The position numbers and the translations under genes were made by a program. Shown piece after piece: positions 17,570 through 30,559 of a stretch of DNA of 64,000 nt (position 1 is the stretch's first letter; each line of letters opens with the position of its first letter). This DNA comes from the human T2T-CHM13v2.0 reference genome, Homo sapiens, in NCBI RefSeq assembly GCF_009914755.1, contig NC_060925.1. One strand, written 5' to 3'. The notes beneath the pieces were generated by a model, which saw only the letters and a list, made by a program, of their open reading frames with translations, had not been told where the DNA came from and ran no database searches.

Positions 17570-18799
17570 AAAACACAAGCAAACTCAACTGTTAGAATGG
17601 AGCGAAGAAGGGCTGGGGAGTCAGGGAACAGAATGCTTTGAATGGCAAAGTAAGAACGAATTCAAAGATGACTTTTTAATGTGTCAATGAAGCTGAAGAA
17701 GCTGGATTATCGTGTTGAAAACTGGAAAAAAAGAGAAGACACATGGGGTGTATGGGGCTGAGAATGAACTGATTTGTGTGATATGAAGAGGGAGTGGGGT
17801 TGTGAGAGGCCAATGAGCAGGGAAAGGGAAAGGCTAATGAAGGTGAAGCCCAGCTGCCAAGGTTATAAAGGGACTGGGAATTAGATCCAAAACCTGAAAT
17901 CATGCAATGCTCAGAGCATTTTTATACAACAAAAAAAATGAAAATCTGCTTTTGAAAATTGAATTCAGAAGAGAATCTCCCACTCTTAGGTGATACAGGT
18001 GAGAATCACTCAACATCTCTGGTTGCATGTAATTCTTAAGATATCAGGGGACTCTGGTGCATATTTGGAGGGAGTTCTTTTTCTTTATCATGGCCCAAGA
18101 TGCCACCCAAGGGTAATGAGCAGAGAATGGAGTCTGTGTTTTGAAGCATGAAAGAAGATTGTTATGAGGAATTGGAGGGGGAAGGCCAGATGAACAGAAC
18201 AAAATGGCTTGGCCACTCTCTCCCCAAAGGTAGGGGGCACTGGGGTCAGTTGCAGACTCCAAAACAGTCAGTAATCTGTTCTGGAAACCTGAAGCTCCCT
18301 ATTGAACAGCGGACTCTTTCCTCGAGAAATGGAAGAACCAGCACTAGTGAAGTCAGCCCTTCTTCTAAAACAGGTACTGGTGATAGAGAGGTGGGCATGA
18401 GATGGGCTGTGGGCCTATTGTCATCCTAGCATGAACTCTGGCCACTGAGGTAGGAATACTCTTCTCATGAGCACGGCCCTAACTCTCTCTCACACCTTCT
18501 GGAGTCTGTGAAATCCCTGGTGTAGCTCTGAGCAGGGCAGTTCTGTAGGCACACAGCTGGTGCAGTCACCCAGGGCCTGTGCTTGGCCTAAAGGGCTGCC
18601 ATGGGACCCCACATTTTATTTTGCACCGATTCTATTTCTGTAAAATATGCAGTCAGCCCTCATTATGAGAACTTCTTTCAGCAGCAGGCTAAACAGCTAT
18701 GGCCTCAGATCAATCGTGGGTACATGAAAAAGGCTCCCTGGCTCCTCAAGAGCAGATCAATGTTTTTGTGAAATTCAGATCTTTTAACTAAAAAGGCTT

Positions 18800-18920
18800 C
18801 ATTAGGGATGGTGGGGCATGCCTGTAGTCCCAGCTACTCAGGAAGCTGAGGAGTGAGGATCACTCGAGCCCAGGATTTCAAGGCCAGCCATGACCTCGTC
18901 TCTAAATTTTTTTAAAAAAT
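18800..18920 (+). mobile_element. Alu monomer (FLAM-like)
   Basis: gcctgtagtcccagctactcaggaagctgagg..gatcactcgagcccagga. Confidence 0.7.
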
Positions 18921-19448
18921 TAAAACTTAAAGAAGACTCTAGAGACATTTACTTCAGCTTTTAGCTGTGAACTCCTTTCCTTCTTCCATTTACCAGTGAG
19001 AAAACTGAGACCTGTGAAGTGAAGTGACTTTCCAATAGTCACTGAAACCGTCAGTACCGGAGCTGAACTAGAACCCCGGTCTCTCCGCTCTGCTACTTTA
19101 AAACATGCTGGAATCCACATGGTAAAGAAAGGAGAAGAGTTTGTGGCAAGCGTCCCGGGTCCAGAAGACACACAGATTTCAGAGCAGAAGCACAGCACAG
19201 CCCAGGGGAATTATAGATTCTGCCACAGCTCCCAGCACCATCTGCACACAACCAGCCACACCAAGATTCCGCCATGGCTGCTTCTGTCTGCAGCATGTCC
19301 CATCCCCTTGGCACCATTTCCTCAGCTGACTCCTCCTCATGGTCAGGCTGCACCTTTCCCAGGAGGTCTCCAGCCTTCCAAGCACCAGTAAAGGGTCTGT
19401 CTGCTAGAGACCACTTCCAGTACAGTGTGGGTGTCCACTAACTTGACT

Positions 19449-19707
19449 TGAGGGAGGGAGGAACGGAGGGAAGGAAAAAAGGAAGGAAGGAAGAAAGAAG
19501 GAAAGAAGGAGGAAGAAAGGAAGGGAGGGAAGGAGGGAAGAAGGAAAGAAGGAAAGAAGAAAGGACGGGAGGGAGGGAGGGAAGAAAGCAGAAAGGAAAG
19601 AAGGAAGGAAGGAAAGAAGGAAGGAAGGAAAGATGGAAGGAAGGAAGGAAGGAATGAAGGAAAGAAGGAAGGAAGGAAGGAAGGAAGGAAGGAAGGAAGG
19701 AGGGAAG
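19449..19707 (+). repeat. Polypurine (GGAA/GAAA)n microsatellite complex
   Basis: About 260 nt almost free of pyrimidines; 8 consecutive GGAA at 19667-19698. Confidence 0.95.
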
Positions 19708-22700
19708 TTAGTTCTCAAAAGAAAGGGACCCTGGACCAGAATAAATGAGATCTTAGGAAATGATCTAAAGGCTGTTGAAGTATGAGTGTTCCCTAAGGAA
19801 GACAAAGTTGGACTCTATTCTCACCTGCAGTGGTGACCCAGTATTTGCTAACCCTAAGCTGAGAAGGCAGGTGAAGCCACAGAGCCAGGAGGTTGTCCTA
19901 CCAACATATGTATTAAGAAAAAAAAAAAACTGGAATGAGACATTTCAAAAGAGGGCAGAAGGCAGGCCTAACAACCAGCCAGCTGCCTAAGTCATCTGCC
20001 TGGCTCAAACAGCCCATCTCCCACCTCAACATCAGCCTGTAGGATGAGAGTTCTGCATGAATGGAGATAGGCAGGTACTTAATGGTATAGAAATAAAAGT
20101 AGCTGGGGTGACTGAGACTAAGGAAAGGGGGAGAGGATGGCAAAAAGAAGCCAGTATTTTTTCATTTTAGAAACAGAATATTTCTGCAAATGAGAGTGAA
20201 GGGTGCAAATCCTGGGTTCTCATTTCAATTTTGCTATCAAAGTCAAGCAAATCTCTTCACTTTCTTGCGTCTGTTTCCTTTCCTGAAAAATGAAGGCTAT
20301 GGCTCATTTCTAAGGTCTGTTGCCAGTGACATTGGGCTTTAAAAGTGTAAGATGATTTGCATCCTCTGGCACCTGCACACTTCTGCAGTTAAACGTCATA
20401 ATAACACATGCCTCTACATGCTTGTTTGTTTGTGTGAAGCCAAAAGCTATTCAAGAAAGTGGTTTTCCAGACCTTCCTTGGGTCTAGTGGCACCTGGCAC
20501 CTCACTGGGCATGGGGCATCATACTTCTCATAGGGTTGTAAAAGATCAAGAAGTGGAGCCAAGTAGGAACCGATTCCCTCCCTCCTTGATATCTGATGAC
20601 CACTGAACTGCAGAACTTAATGCTGACTTAAATATGGTCTCTTGTTTTTGCATTTAGCTATGGACGTTTCCCAAGTAGGTTTTAAAATTCTTAGACAATC
20701 ACTTGACATAAAAGTGGGCAGAGCCAATAGAGACAGTGCCTACTGAAAAGGAATCAGAAACCCAGAAAAGTCATGCCTTGCTCAAGTCCACTGCCAGTTA
20801 ATGCCAAAGCTCTGCCCTGCACACTCCACGCACAGCACACCCTCAAAGAGAAGCAGAACTAGTTCCTTCTTTCTTCCTGTTCTCAGGAAAGGGAGGCCAT
20901 GCCTTCTCACTCCCTCATTACCCTGCCCCAGGAGCTGGAAATCCCAGAGGACACAGGCCACATGCACAGCAACTGCCTCTCTCCTCCTTCTAGGCTCCCA
21001 GGAGCTATGACACAAGACTTTAGGATGCCCCTCAGCAGCCCCTTCTCTGCAGCACTTGGGCACAACCACCCGGTAACCACCTTGCTTCCTAACATTCACA
21101 CAAGCCCCTGAATCTTACAAGAGCCTTCATGTTTTTCATTTTGTTTGATTTCCCCACACCTTATACCTTTATCTTTCCACTGCACAGATGAGGCCAAGAT
21201 CAAGAATACATACAGGGCTTGGTCTGGGCTGCAGCAGCATTGAACAGTGGCTGTGTCAGTCCAGTGAATCTCAGGCTGTGAAGTCATGTCTGTGATTTCT
21301 ACCAACTCTATTAACTTCAACACAGAAAGCAATATAGCTACTTCAGCTGAATTCTTGAGATGATACTCATTTCAGACATTTGCTAATGCTACTCTTGACA
21401 AGAGAAATGTCTTGCCAGACCCTTTTTCAGCCTCTTGCCAAAGTGAACTAGCTTTTACAAGGTCACACACTGTCCCTTCCCTTGCCCAACAAAGCCAGCT
21501 AAAGTGAACATTACCTGATTTGCAGCAGTGGTGGGGACCCTGACTTATAGTTGTAAAGTCCTTGGCAGAGAATCTACTTAATGCTCTGCCTTTGCTGAAT
21601 GTACCATCTTGCCCTAACATAACATGTGAAGCTTTGACATGAAGTTCCCCCTGACCACCTCCCACCCCCTGAAGCTCCTAGTGCCAATCCCTAAAGTAAT
21701 ACTTAAAGTTGGCAGAATAATTCACTACAAGCATATTGGGCAGGTAGGGAACAATATCAGCCTTCACCTTCACCCTTAAATGATGTTGAAATGTGTAAGC
21801 ATCTCTACCTCTCTCATGTCTGTCTCCCTAGCATTGAGCACTACGTCCAGCACATGCCCACTCAACTGACAGGTGAACTTATTAGGGGCTCTGCTCTTAA
21901 TGAGACACAGCCTTGGGGCCTGGAGTAGGCCAGTCATACACAGATGGTATCAGAACACCCAGGCAGAACCACTCCCTACTTCAGCCCTAGTAGGTCCAGA
22001 AAGGCATCTCAGTGGAGTGTCTTCAGTGAGTAAAAAGAATGCATGGAACTGCTTCCAAAGAATCCCTGGTTTCCAGGAACTGGAGTCTGTCATTCCTTTT
22101 ACTTAGATCAAACATTCTTCAAATATATGTGTGAGAATGCCAACATGAACACCACACGTACACTGACACCTTTTTCAATCTTCTTAAACACAGGGCAACT
22201 TGGCATATAAAACACCTTACCGCCCACCTCACTGGCTTCCAAAGCTGAGCATTCCCGACTGCTGGAATGAGGCAGGGCACTGGCTGGATTCAGAGAGCAT
22301 TGTGAACAGTGGCCTGAATCTCAGGGGAGCAGCTGGAAATTGAAACCCATTGGAATGTGCTTTGGGTTAGTGGAGATGACCTTGAAAACCAGAAAACTGC
22401 AATCTGCATGGCACTTTTGGCTGTGATAGGGAGACAGAGGGGCAAGCACTAAGCAATTCGTGCCGGAGGCTGGCCAGGTGTGCTCCTCCCCTCCCACCAG
22501 GGGCAGAGAGGATGGAAATTATGTGAATGCCAAGGGCAGCTGAGAAAAGGAGTCATGCCTGGGGTTTGCTTTGTTAAGTGTTAAGTGAGCTGAGTTGGGG
22601 GAATGAAGATCTGAGAGAACGGGAAGAAGGCAGACTATGAGTAGTGAAGACGATGGTGAGGGCCAGCAGCAGCCTTCCACACCTATTCCATTGTTATCTG

Positions 22701-22910
22701 ATGGACAGCCAAGACAGGACTTTTCCTGGCTCTTACTTATTATATTGTCTTCACTATTTGGAGCAGTTGTGTGAAAGGCAGGCCTACCAGGAGCAGACAA
22801 AGCCTGTTGCATCTTGCACTGCCCTTTGTCTCCATACGCCGTGGCAGAGGGAAGCATTTGATCCTTCTGTGTTATACTTACTGTAATCCCCCAAAAAGAA
22901 ACGGGATCCC

Positions 22911-25900
22911 TGTAAGAGTTAAAGAAAGAGGGTAGTAACATGAAATGTGGCTCAACAGTCAAAGACAGATGTATTTTAGAGAAATAAACCAGAGAGGGTC
23001 TTCTGGCCAATTTCAGTCAGAAGCATTCTCTCTTACAGACTAAGCATATATATATTAGTTTTAGGGTGAAGGAGCTTATCACAAGGTTGGAATGTTTCTG
23101 TGTGGGGGAGAAGTTTATGGCAGGGTTGGAATGTCTTTGGGTGGAGGGGAGGTTATCTTGGGGCTGATGTCTTTCTGGCTGGAGAGGAGGTTATCTCGGG
23201 GCTGGCATGTCTCTCATTGGGGAGGGGTTTGGAATGTTTCTGGTAAGAGATGTTGACGGGATGTTGCTGACTTTAGCCATTAGGCTGATGCCCTTTGGAT
23301 TTAGGCAGTTTCTGATCAAGGTGAATTTTAAAATGACAGTGCTTGTCCAAGATGGCAATGCTCCTGCTCTGTCAATCCTGACCCTACAGTTATAAAAAGG
23401 ATGAGGGGCGACGTGTTCTTTCTGGCTACCTCCTGCTGATGAGGACACAGAGAGTTTTCTGGTCTCAGATTGACTGTAGGAGCAATGCCTTGTGTGGATG
23501 TTTTTCGGTAGTTGTTTGTGAAATGGCCCTGATCCTTTCAGTTAAAAATCTTTGAAAAAGGTTAATTAGGCAGGGTAAAAACATTAGTCTTAGGCATATT
23601 ATTAGGAGAGGGCCCAGGCATGGGATGGTCCATGCTATGATTTTGTTCCCAAACCAAAGACCTATTTGGTTGTTTTGGTATTCCAGCTTTTTCTTTTCTT
23701 TTCTGTTTTACCTGTTTACCAGGCCCAACTGGTTGAGATAGAAACGTTCCTCACCTAATGAGAGGCAGAGGCACATGTTTGGGAAGGCCCATGTGTTATT
23801 TCCTGTTGGTAACCATTATTCCTGCTATGAAGATAATAATTAAGCAAAATGTTATGGTAATTGAGTTTCTCTGATATTTACCTGAAGGGTGCTACAGTAT
23901 ATAGTCCTATTGCAAATAGTAGAGTGAGTAAAGCAATTCCCACAAGGGTGGCATAGTAATAATTACCATTTAAAAGTTTTAATATTTGGCTTAAAAGGAG
24001 AGGTAAGAATGACAAAAAGTATTTGGTGAGGTAGGGGTGAGACTGAGTAAGATGAGTAATTGTTACTTGGTTACTTATTTTTTTATGATTTTTGGCTTAA
24101 GATTTCCTATTTCTTTATTTCCTCATGTGAGGGTCGGGGTCCTAGAGGCAGTGCCTGCTGAAACATCTGGTTTTCAGTTTATAGGGTTTAAGAAAGCACA
24201 GATTATTTTGGAAATTTGTAGTCAGAAAAGTTAGAATTTAATTTAAACAGTAGAAAATAATAAGAATTGAAAAATGTTAGGCAACACTAGAATTTAACAA
24301 CAGGTATGCTACAGTTTTTGAAACATAATTTTCTCTCTTCAGTTTCCCATTTTTATTAAAAGACAAATCATGGTAGGACTGGTTTGCTTTATTGTACTTG
24401 GCTTAATTATTTGCATACAGCGCAGCAAGAATAATGATTTGTTACATAGGCCTCTTAAACTGGCTTTGACAGAACTTTGTTCCATAGAAGGAATATGAGA
24501 TAAGACCTTTTTAAAGCCAAGCGCAGCCATGGATTTGTACCATCAAATAACTATGAGTTTGGTGAATTCCTCTCCTCTTGAGGTTCCAAATAAGTTGGGC
24601 CTCCCGGCCTGTCAGAAAGTGACCTTCATTACTTACCACAGATCAGAAACCCTGTACAGGGACTGTGTACACAAAATACGAGGCCAGTTTCCCAAGGGCT
24701 TTATTGGCTTCATAAGTCCAGTTTGATTCCTTGAAGGAAGGCACACCATTCCAGTCAAAGCCTTGGTGAAATAACCAGTTTCTCCAATTGTGTCCTGTTA
24801 CAAAAGAAAACAGATTCTTACTGCACTTATGCAAACAACTATATTGCCATAACTTAAGAATACTCACAGTTTCCAAATTCTGGAGAAAATCAGGTAGAGA
24901 GAAACAAGTATACTCCAAATTTTGTTAGTGCTTTATAACTGACTATAAAACCACCTTCTAAAGAGGACCTAAAGAAGACAACAATTGTTTATGGATGACA
25001 CAAAGTTTTAGGGTAGCCATAGTTAAAGGCATAATTGATAAGGATATCTGTTACCTCTGTGGCACACAATAATTTTAACATAACAATTATAATTATTACT
25101 GATAACATACACTGAGATATATCAGAATTATAGGAGTCTCCCGTAACTTTGGAGCACATACCAATAACGTATTTATACAAATATAGCCCAAAGAAAGCCA
25201 AACACCATTTTATATTTTACAATGCTTCCTGTATGATTTTATACCAAATAAGCTAAATTTTACCTTTATATTAGTGTGCTATTAATGTTAAACTCAATTG
25301 TTAATAAAACCTTGTAGACGCATTTACCCAATTTTAATATAAGATTTTTATAGACTCTTTTTAACACTTTATAATTTTTGTTAAAGAGCAGGTTAGTGTT
25401 TTAAGAGAAATCCATTGTGCTTTTATTTTAATGCTCAATTTGCAGGAAAACTAGATGATACCTCTTCAACTTTAGCCAATATGTTTACACACAGAATTTC
25501 CTGTACAATTAACCTTCCAAAATTTTCTTAAACCTCCAAAAAATTTTTTAACCTTTTAATCTAGGTAAAAATCCACACTCTCATGCCTCCTTATAATCTT
25601 TTTGTCAAAAGTATTTGCAAACTGTTTTTTCAATAGTATTACACGCATGTTACACTGTTAACTTTTAGCAACCTTTACTTTTGTTGGTAAGTTTGGGATT
25701 TTAATTATGTACTAGATGTAGAGTCTAGGACCGAGACAGAAATGCAGTTAAGGTCTAGCTTATTCCAGCATTTAACTCCATGTGTCCTAGGTTTTACCTA
25801 GCTACAAATCAGGCAATTTGTATGGCTAAGAGTTATAGTGACATTTCATGAAGTATTCAGGAGGTCTACTCACTTTTAAATTGTTCAACATTTCTTACAC

Positions 25901-28767
25901 AAATTCCCTTTATAAAACTTTTCACGACCTTCACAGACAATCTCAGACATGCCTCGACTTTCTGAATTGTTGTAAACATTTCTTTCTTTAAACAACCAGT
26001 TAATTTACTTTAGGACAAGAATTTACCATATAAGATTCATTTTTATATAAATTCTCTTTTCTTTAATATTAAAGATGATAACAGTCCTTTCCCCAAACAA
26101 ACTTCCTTCATGGCTGTGGACAAGACTGCCTAAGGCCATAAAATTAGAAGTTAGGGCATTTTACTAAATAGTTCAAGATGTGGCTGTCTTCATTAAACCA
26201 ATATTAATGTTTCACTTATTAAAAAATTACACAAGCAAAGATTATTCTGTTTGGGCTGAGTTATAGTTTTGTAACATCTATGTCAAATTTTGACACCTTG
26301 TAATACTTGGCAGAAATAAGTATGAAATTGCTTGATCAATTAATGCAAACAAAAATGTATGCTGGCAACTCTTAAGACATTTCTAATCTTACTGTACCAG
26401 CAAGTTTTAAAGATTAAAGTCACATGAACTGAAAGGTCCCACAGCTTTTACTTTTCCCTTAAAAATATTTAAGTGCTTATTTTTCTTAGGTCAATTAATT
26501 AGAGCTCTTTTAATAGACACTGCACGCATAACACATATATAGCCACACAGACAACCAGAAGTAGATTCAGTAGTTATAAGATTTTTTTTTGCTAATTTCC
26601 CAATTGGATTATTGGCCTTTGGGTGAGGCTCTTTAAGAACAGGGCTAGGAAAACAGTTTCCAGGGCCTAATAAACAAGCATAGCTGCAAAGACAGATTTT
26701 GAGAGGTACTTATTCACCTTTAATTCCAGGGGTTCCATAAGGAAAACAGAAATTTTTCCCAAAATGGGATTTGTGGAACCTTTTGTGTTTTCCCAAGGAG
26801 TCCCAGGCCATCAGAAGTCATTTTAGGGTTTTTCATACATGCACCAGGAGTGGCAAGAGGGAGTGGAGAAAAGTAATTCAGTTAACTGAGAAAAAACCTT
26901 TTCCAGGAAAATAAGATATAAGAAGAAAAAAACATAAAGGCCTTTTGAATATACTCATAGCTTGAATATCCATTTTAATTAAGCTCAGCACTCTTTTTTA
27001 CTGGGTTATGTGCAGGAACTCCCTGCGCTAATGAGAGGGATTTTTAGAGAAAGATCGCAGACACTGCTTGATGTGTGACAAATCACACATGGAAAAAGGG
27101 AGATGAACGCGAGCAATGCCTTCAGCCCCAGCCACTTCCCAGAGAGGGAGAATAGCAGAGGTGGTTTTTGAACATGTAACAGGTGGAGAAGGAGGAAGAG
27201 CAGGGTTTGGGGCTGAAGGCTTGGGGACAGGAGGGGCCACCAAGGCAGAGGGTTTGAACAGGCAAGTAGCAGATGTAGGTGGATGAGAATACAGACAGGT
27301 TCATCTGCAGGGTAAAAAGGGGTTTCAGAGGAAGAAGAGACCGGGGAGGGTTTTTATTAAGAAGAAAGATTTCATGAGGGGTGCAAGCTTGACACAGGGA
27401 GGGTTGGGATCTAAGTAGAAGCAGAAGAAAGCCTGAATATAGAGAACCTCTTGCCGTTTGACATTCCTGGTTATAAAGTTGTCAAGGTTCCTGAGAATTT
27501 GGAAGTTAAAGGTGCCATTTTCAGGCCATCTGCTGTCATTATGTAATTTCTATTGGGGCCAGGCCATGTTGCAATAAAAAACTCAATACGTAAGCCAAGT
27601 TTGTCGAGATTATGAAGGAGACAGCACAGTGGAGAGGGCATATGAATGTGGGATTGTTTGGCACCCATGTGGACTGGTGAGAAAAAGCCGAGGGTGTCTG
27701 TTTTTTTCTAGGTGTCCCCAGACAAAAGACAGAGACCTGAAATACTCTTTCTAAAGAGGACAGTCAAGCTGAGAAAAAACTTGGTGTTCCCAAGATTTCC
27801 TCTAGCTTAGTCCCACTGGTCCTCCAAGGACCGGGATGGCCGACCTGACTTTCCTGGGTACCATGAGAAAACCAGGGGAGGGCAAATTTTACCAGTCAGC
27901 TGGATTAGTGTCTGATGCTGGATGTTCCAGTTGGAATTGGCAAAGGGCCTCTTAGGCTGGAGCTGCACAAGGAAGGAAGAAAGAGAGAGAGAGGAGAGAG
28001 AGAGAGGTTGAGGGAGGAAGAGGGAAGAGAGTGAAATACACATTGCCAGTGGTTGGAGGTGGATTCCCAAGACTGAGGGTTTTGATTACTCTAGGGAGTA
28101 GCCCTTGCCAGAGCCTCACAGTTCCCTTCAGGTTACTTGTCCTCCTCATGCAAATTGCTCAAAAAAGTGAAATAGGAGAGAAGATGGGGCAGGTGGCCAG
28201 AGACCCTCAGAATCCAGGAGTTAGCTCAGGATGAGCTGCCATTGCCCACTGTTTCCTGGGTTGCAAGAGAGCTCTACCCTCAGCACTCATCCCAGGTTTT
28301 GGCACCAAATATAAGAGTTAAAGAGGAAAGAAACACAAAATGTGGCTCAACAGTCAAAGACAGATTTATTTTAGAAAAATAAACCTGAGAGGGGCTTTTG
28401 GCCAATTTCAGTCAGGAGCATTCTCTCTTACAGACTAAGAGTATATATTGGTATTAGGGTGAGGGGGCTTATCACAAGCTAGGAATATTTCTGTGTAGGG
28501 GAGAAGTTTATGGCAGGGTTGGAATGTCTTTGGGCTGGAGGGAAGGTTATCTTGGGGCTGACGTCTTTCTGACCAGACAGGAGATTATTTCAGGGCTGGC
28601 ATGTCTCTTGTTGGGAAGGGGTTTGGAATGTTTCTGGTAAGAGATGTTGACAGGATGTTGCTGACCTTAGCCATTAGGCTGATCTGCTTTGGATTTAGTC
28701 AGTTTCTGATCAAGGTGAATTTTAAAATGACAGTGCTTGGCCAAGATGGCAAGTTCCTGCTCTGTCA
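22911..28767 (-). mobile_element. Two-LTR, non-autonomous class I ERV (HERV-F-group / LTR19-like): 5'LTR 28767-28310, 3'LTR 23374-22911
   Basis: Direct repeats of about 460 bp; TSD atccc/gtccc. PBS TGGTGCCAAAACCTGGGA (28307->28290) is 16/18 to the tRNA-Phe 3' end. gag matrix remnant MGAKQSHI..SPLCCLLHNLDKLGL (27668->27471). AT-rich internal region with no recognisable pol. Family name tentative. Confidence 0.85.
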
Positions 28768-29027
28768 GTCCCTAATTGGTCCTACGGAGTTCTCAACCCT
28801 GTTTGCCTATTAAAATCACCTGGGGAGTTTCTACAAAATACAGGTACTTAGACCTCACTCCAATTAATCGCTCTTTACATTGAAAAGACAAACAAACAAT
28901 AAAGCTCTTCAAGGTTAAGAAAATCTATAGCTTAAAATAATCAAACCTCAAAAATTCCAAGTTGACCCAGTACAGTTTCTCTTACTGGAATGTGGGCAGA
29001 GGCCAACTCAAAAGCAAAGTTAGAGAT

Positions 29028-29350
29028 AGCTGGGCATGAAGACTCATGTTCATAGTCCCAGCACTCTGGGAGGCTGAGGCAGGAGGATCACTTGAGTCTA
29101 GGAATTTGAGATCACTCTAGGCAACATAGGGAGACCCTGTCTCTACAAAATTAAAAATGTGTTAAAAGCCTACCTGGGCATGGTGGTGCACGCCTGTGGT
29201 TCCAGCCACTCCCAAGGCTGAAGTAGTAGAATCACTTGGCCTGGGGAGTTGAGGATCATGCCACTGCACTCCAGTACTCTGGGTAACATAGCAAGTCCCT
29301 GTCTCAAAATAACAAAAAACAAGTAAAAAAGTAAGTTAAAAAAAAAAGAA
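29028..29350 (+). mobile_element. AluJ-like, copy A
   Basis: Dimeric Alu with ggaggatcacttgag; paralog at 57227-57550. Confidence 0.85.
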
Positions 29351-30559
29351 AGAATATCTAAATGAATAGCCTCAGCACTGGCTTTTCCCATTCTGTGGCT
29401 GTTTACCACATTCTGTTCTCCATACAACAGCCTGAGACATGTTTTTAAGTAAATTCAAATCCTATGTCCCACCTATTTAAAACCTTTCTGTGGCTTCCCA
29501 TTCCATTAACTATACACTCTAAACTGATCTCCAGCTCTCCTGGGCACTGCATGATCTGCTCATCCTTCCAACTCACTTCCTCATCACTCTCCCTTTTACT
29601 CACGATGCCTCAGCCAGACTGGCCTCTCTTCCCTTCCATAAATATGCAATACTTTCTTGCCTCTAGATCTTCACATTTATCATTCCCTTTATATGAAATG
29701 GTGTTCCTCATCTTCTCATGGTTGGCTGTCTGTTGACATGTAGATCTCAGCTGAACTGTCACTGCCCTGATGAAGTGAGATGTCCCTGATCATCCTCTCC
29801 TGAATACGCTCTGCTTCACTCATCACATCACACTGTTTCTCCCCTCTTAACTGTTAAAACAATATGCAACTAACTTCTCAGTTGTAGATTTTATTGTTTA
29901 TCTGTATCTGCATAGGGACCTTAGACAGTCTTGCTCCCTGCTACATTCCCAAGAGCCTAGAATCATGTCCAATGTCATAGAGGGCCTTCTAAATATTTAT
30001 TAAGTAAATTAATCCAGGAAGGCAAAGCCAGATCAAAATACATCATCACATCTGGAGAATTATAGCAGTTAGAGGAGGAAAACTGTAAGTTAGGATGGAA
30101 CTCAGCAGAATGGGTCACTACCTAAGCCAACAGACCTGAAAAGTCTTCTATCATTCCTCAACTGGACACTTTCCTGCATGAACCCATGCCACAGTAAAGG
30201 TCCACTTTTGCCCAGATTAACCCACAGAGTCAAGGGCTGGGTCAAGGGAACATTAGCATGGAAAATGTCAAAAGAGAAAGCAGTCCCACAGCAGTCTCCC
30301 TGGTAATAACTTGGAAGGCCTATTTGCTTAACCCAAATACATGTATAGGGTGTCCACCACCCACATATTTAGAAAGGGAAAATGAAGTAAAGTCATACAG
30401 CCTGCTTGCCTATAACTGAAATTCAGAAACCATAATTAAAAAGAAGTGAACACCCAAACCTTCAAATGAGTAGTCTGTTTAAAAAACAAATTCATAAAGT
30501 GTATGACTCAAAGCAGTTTCTTTGATTCTTCTCAGAACAAAAGATCTTAACAGAGCAGA

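Noticed and set aside
19404-19805. 133-aa PSFL-rich ORF
   Set aside because: Translation of the (TTCC)n microsatellite.
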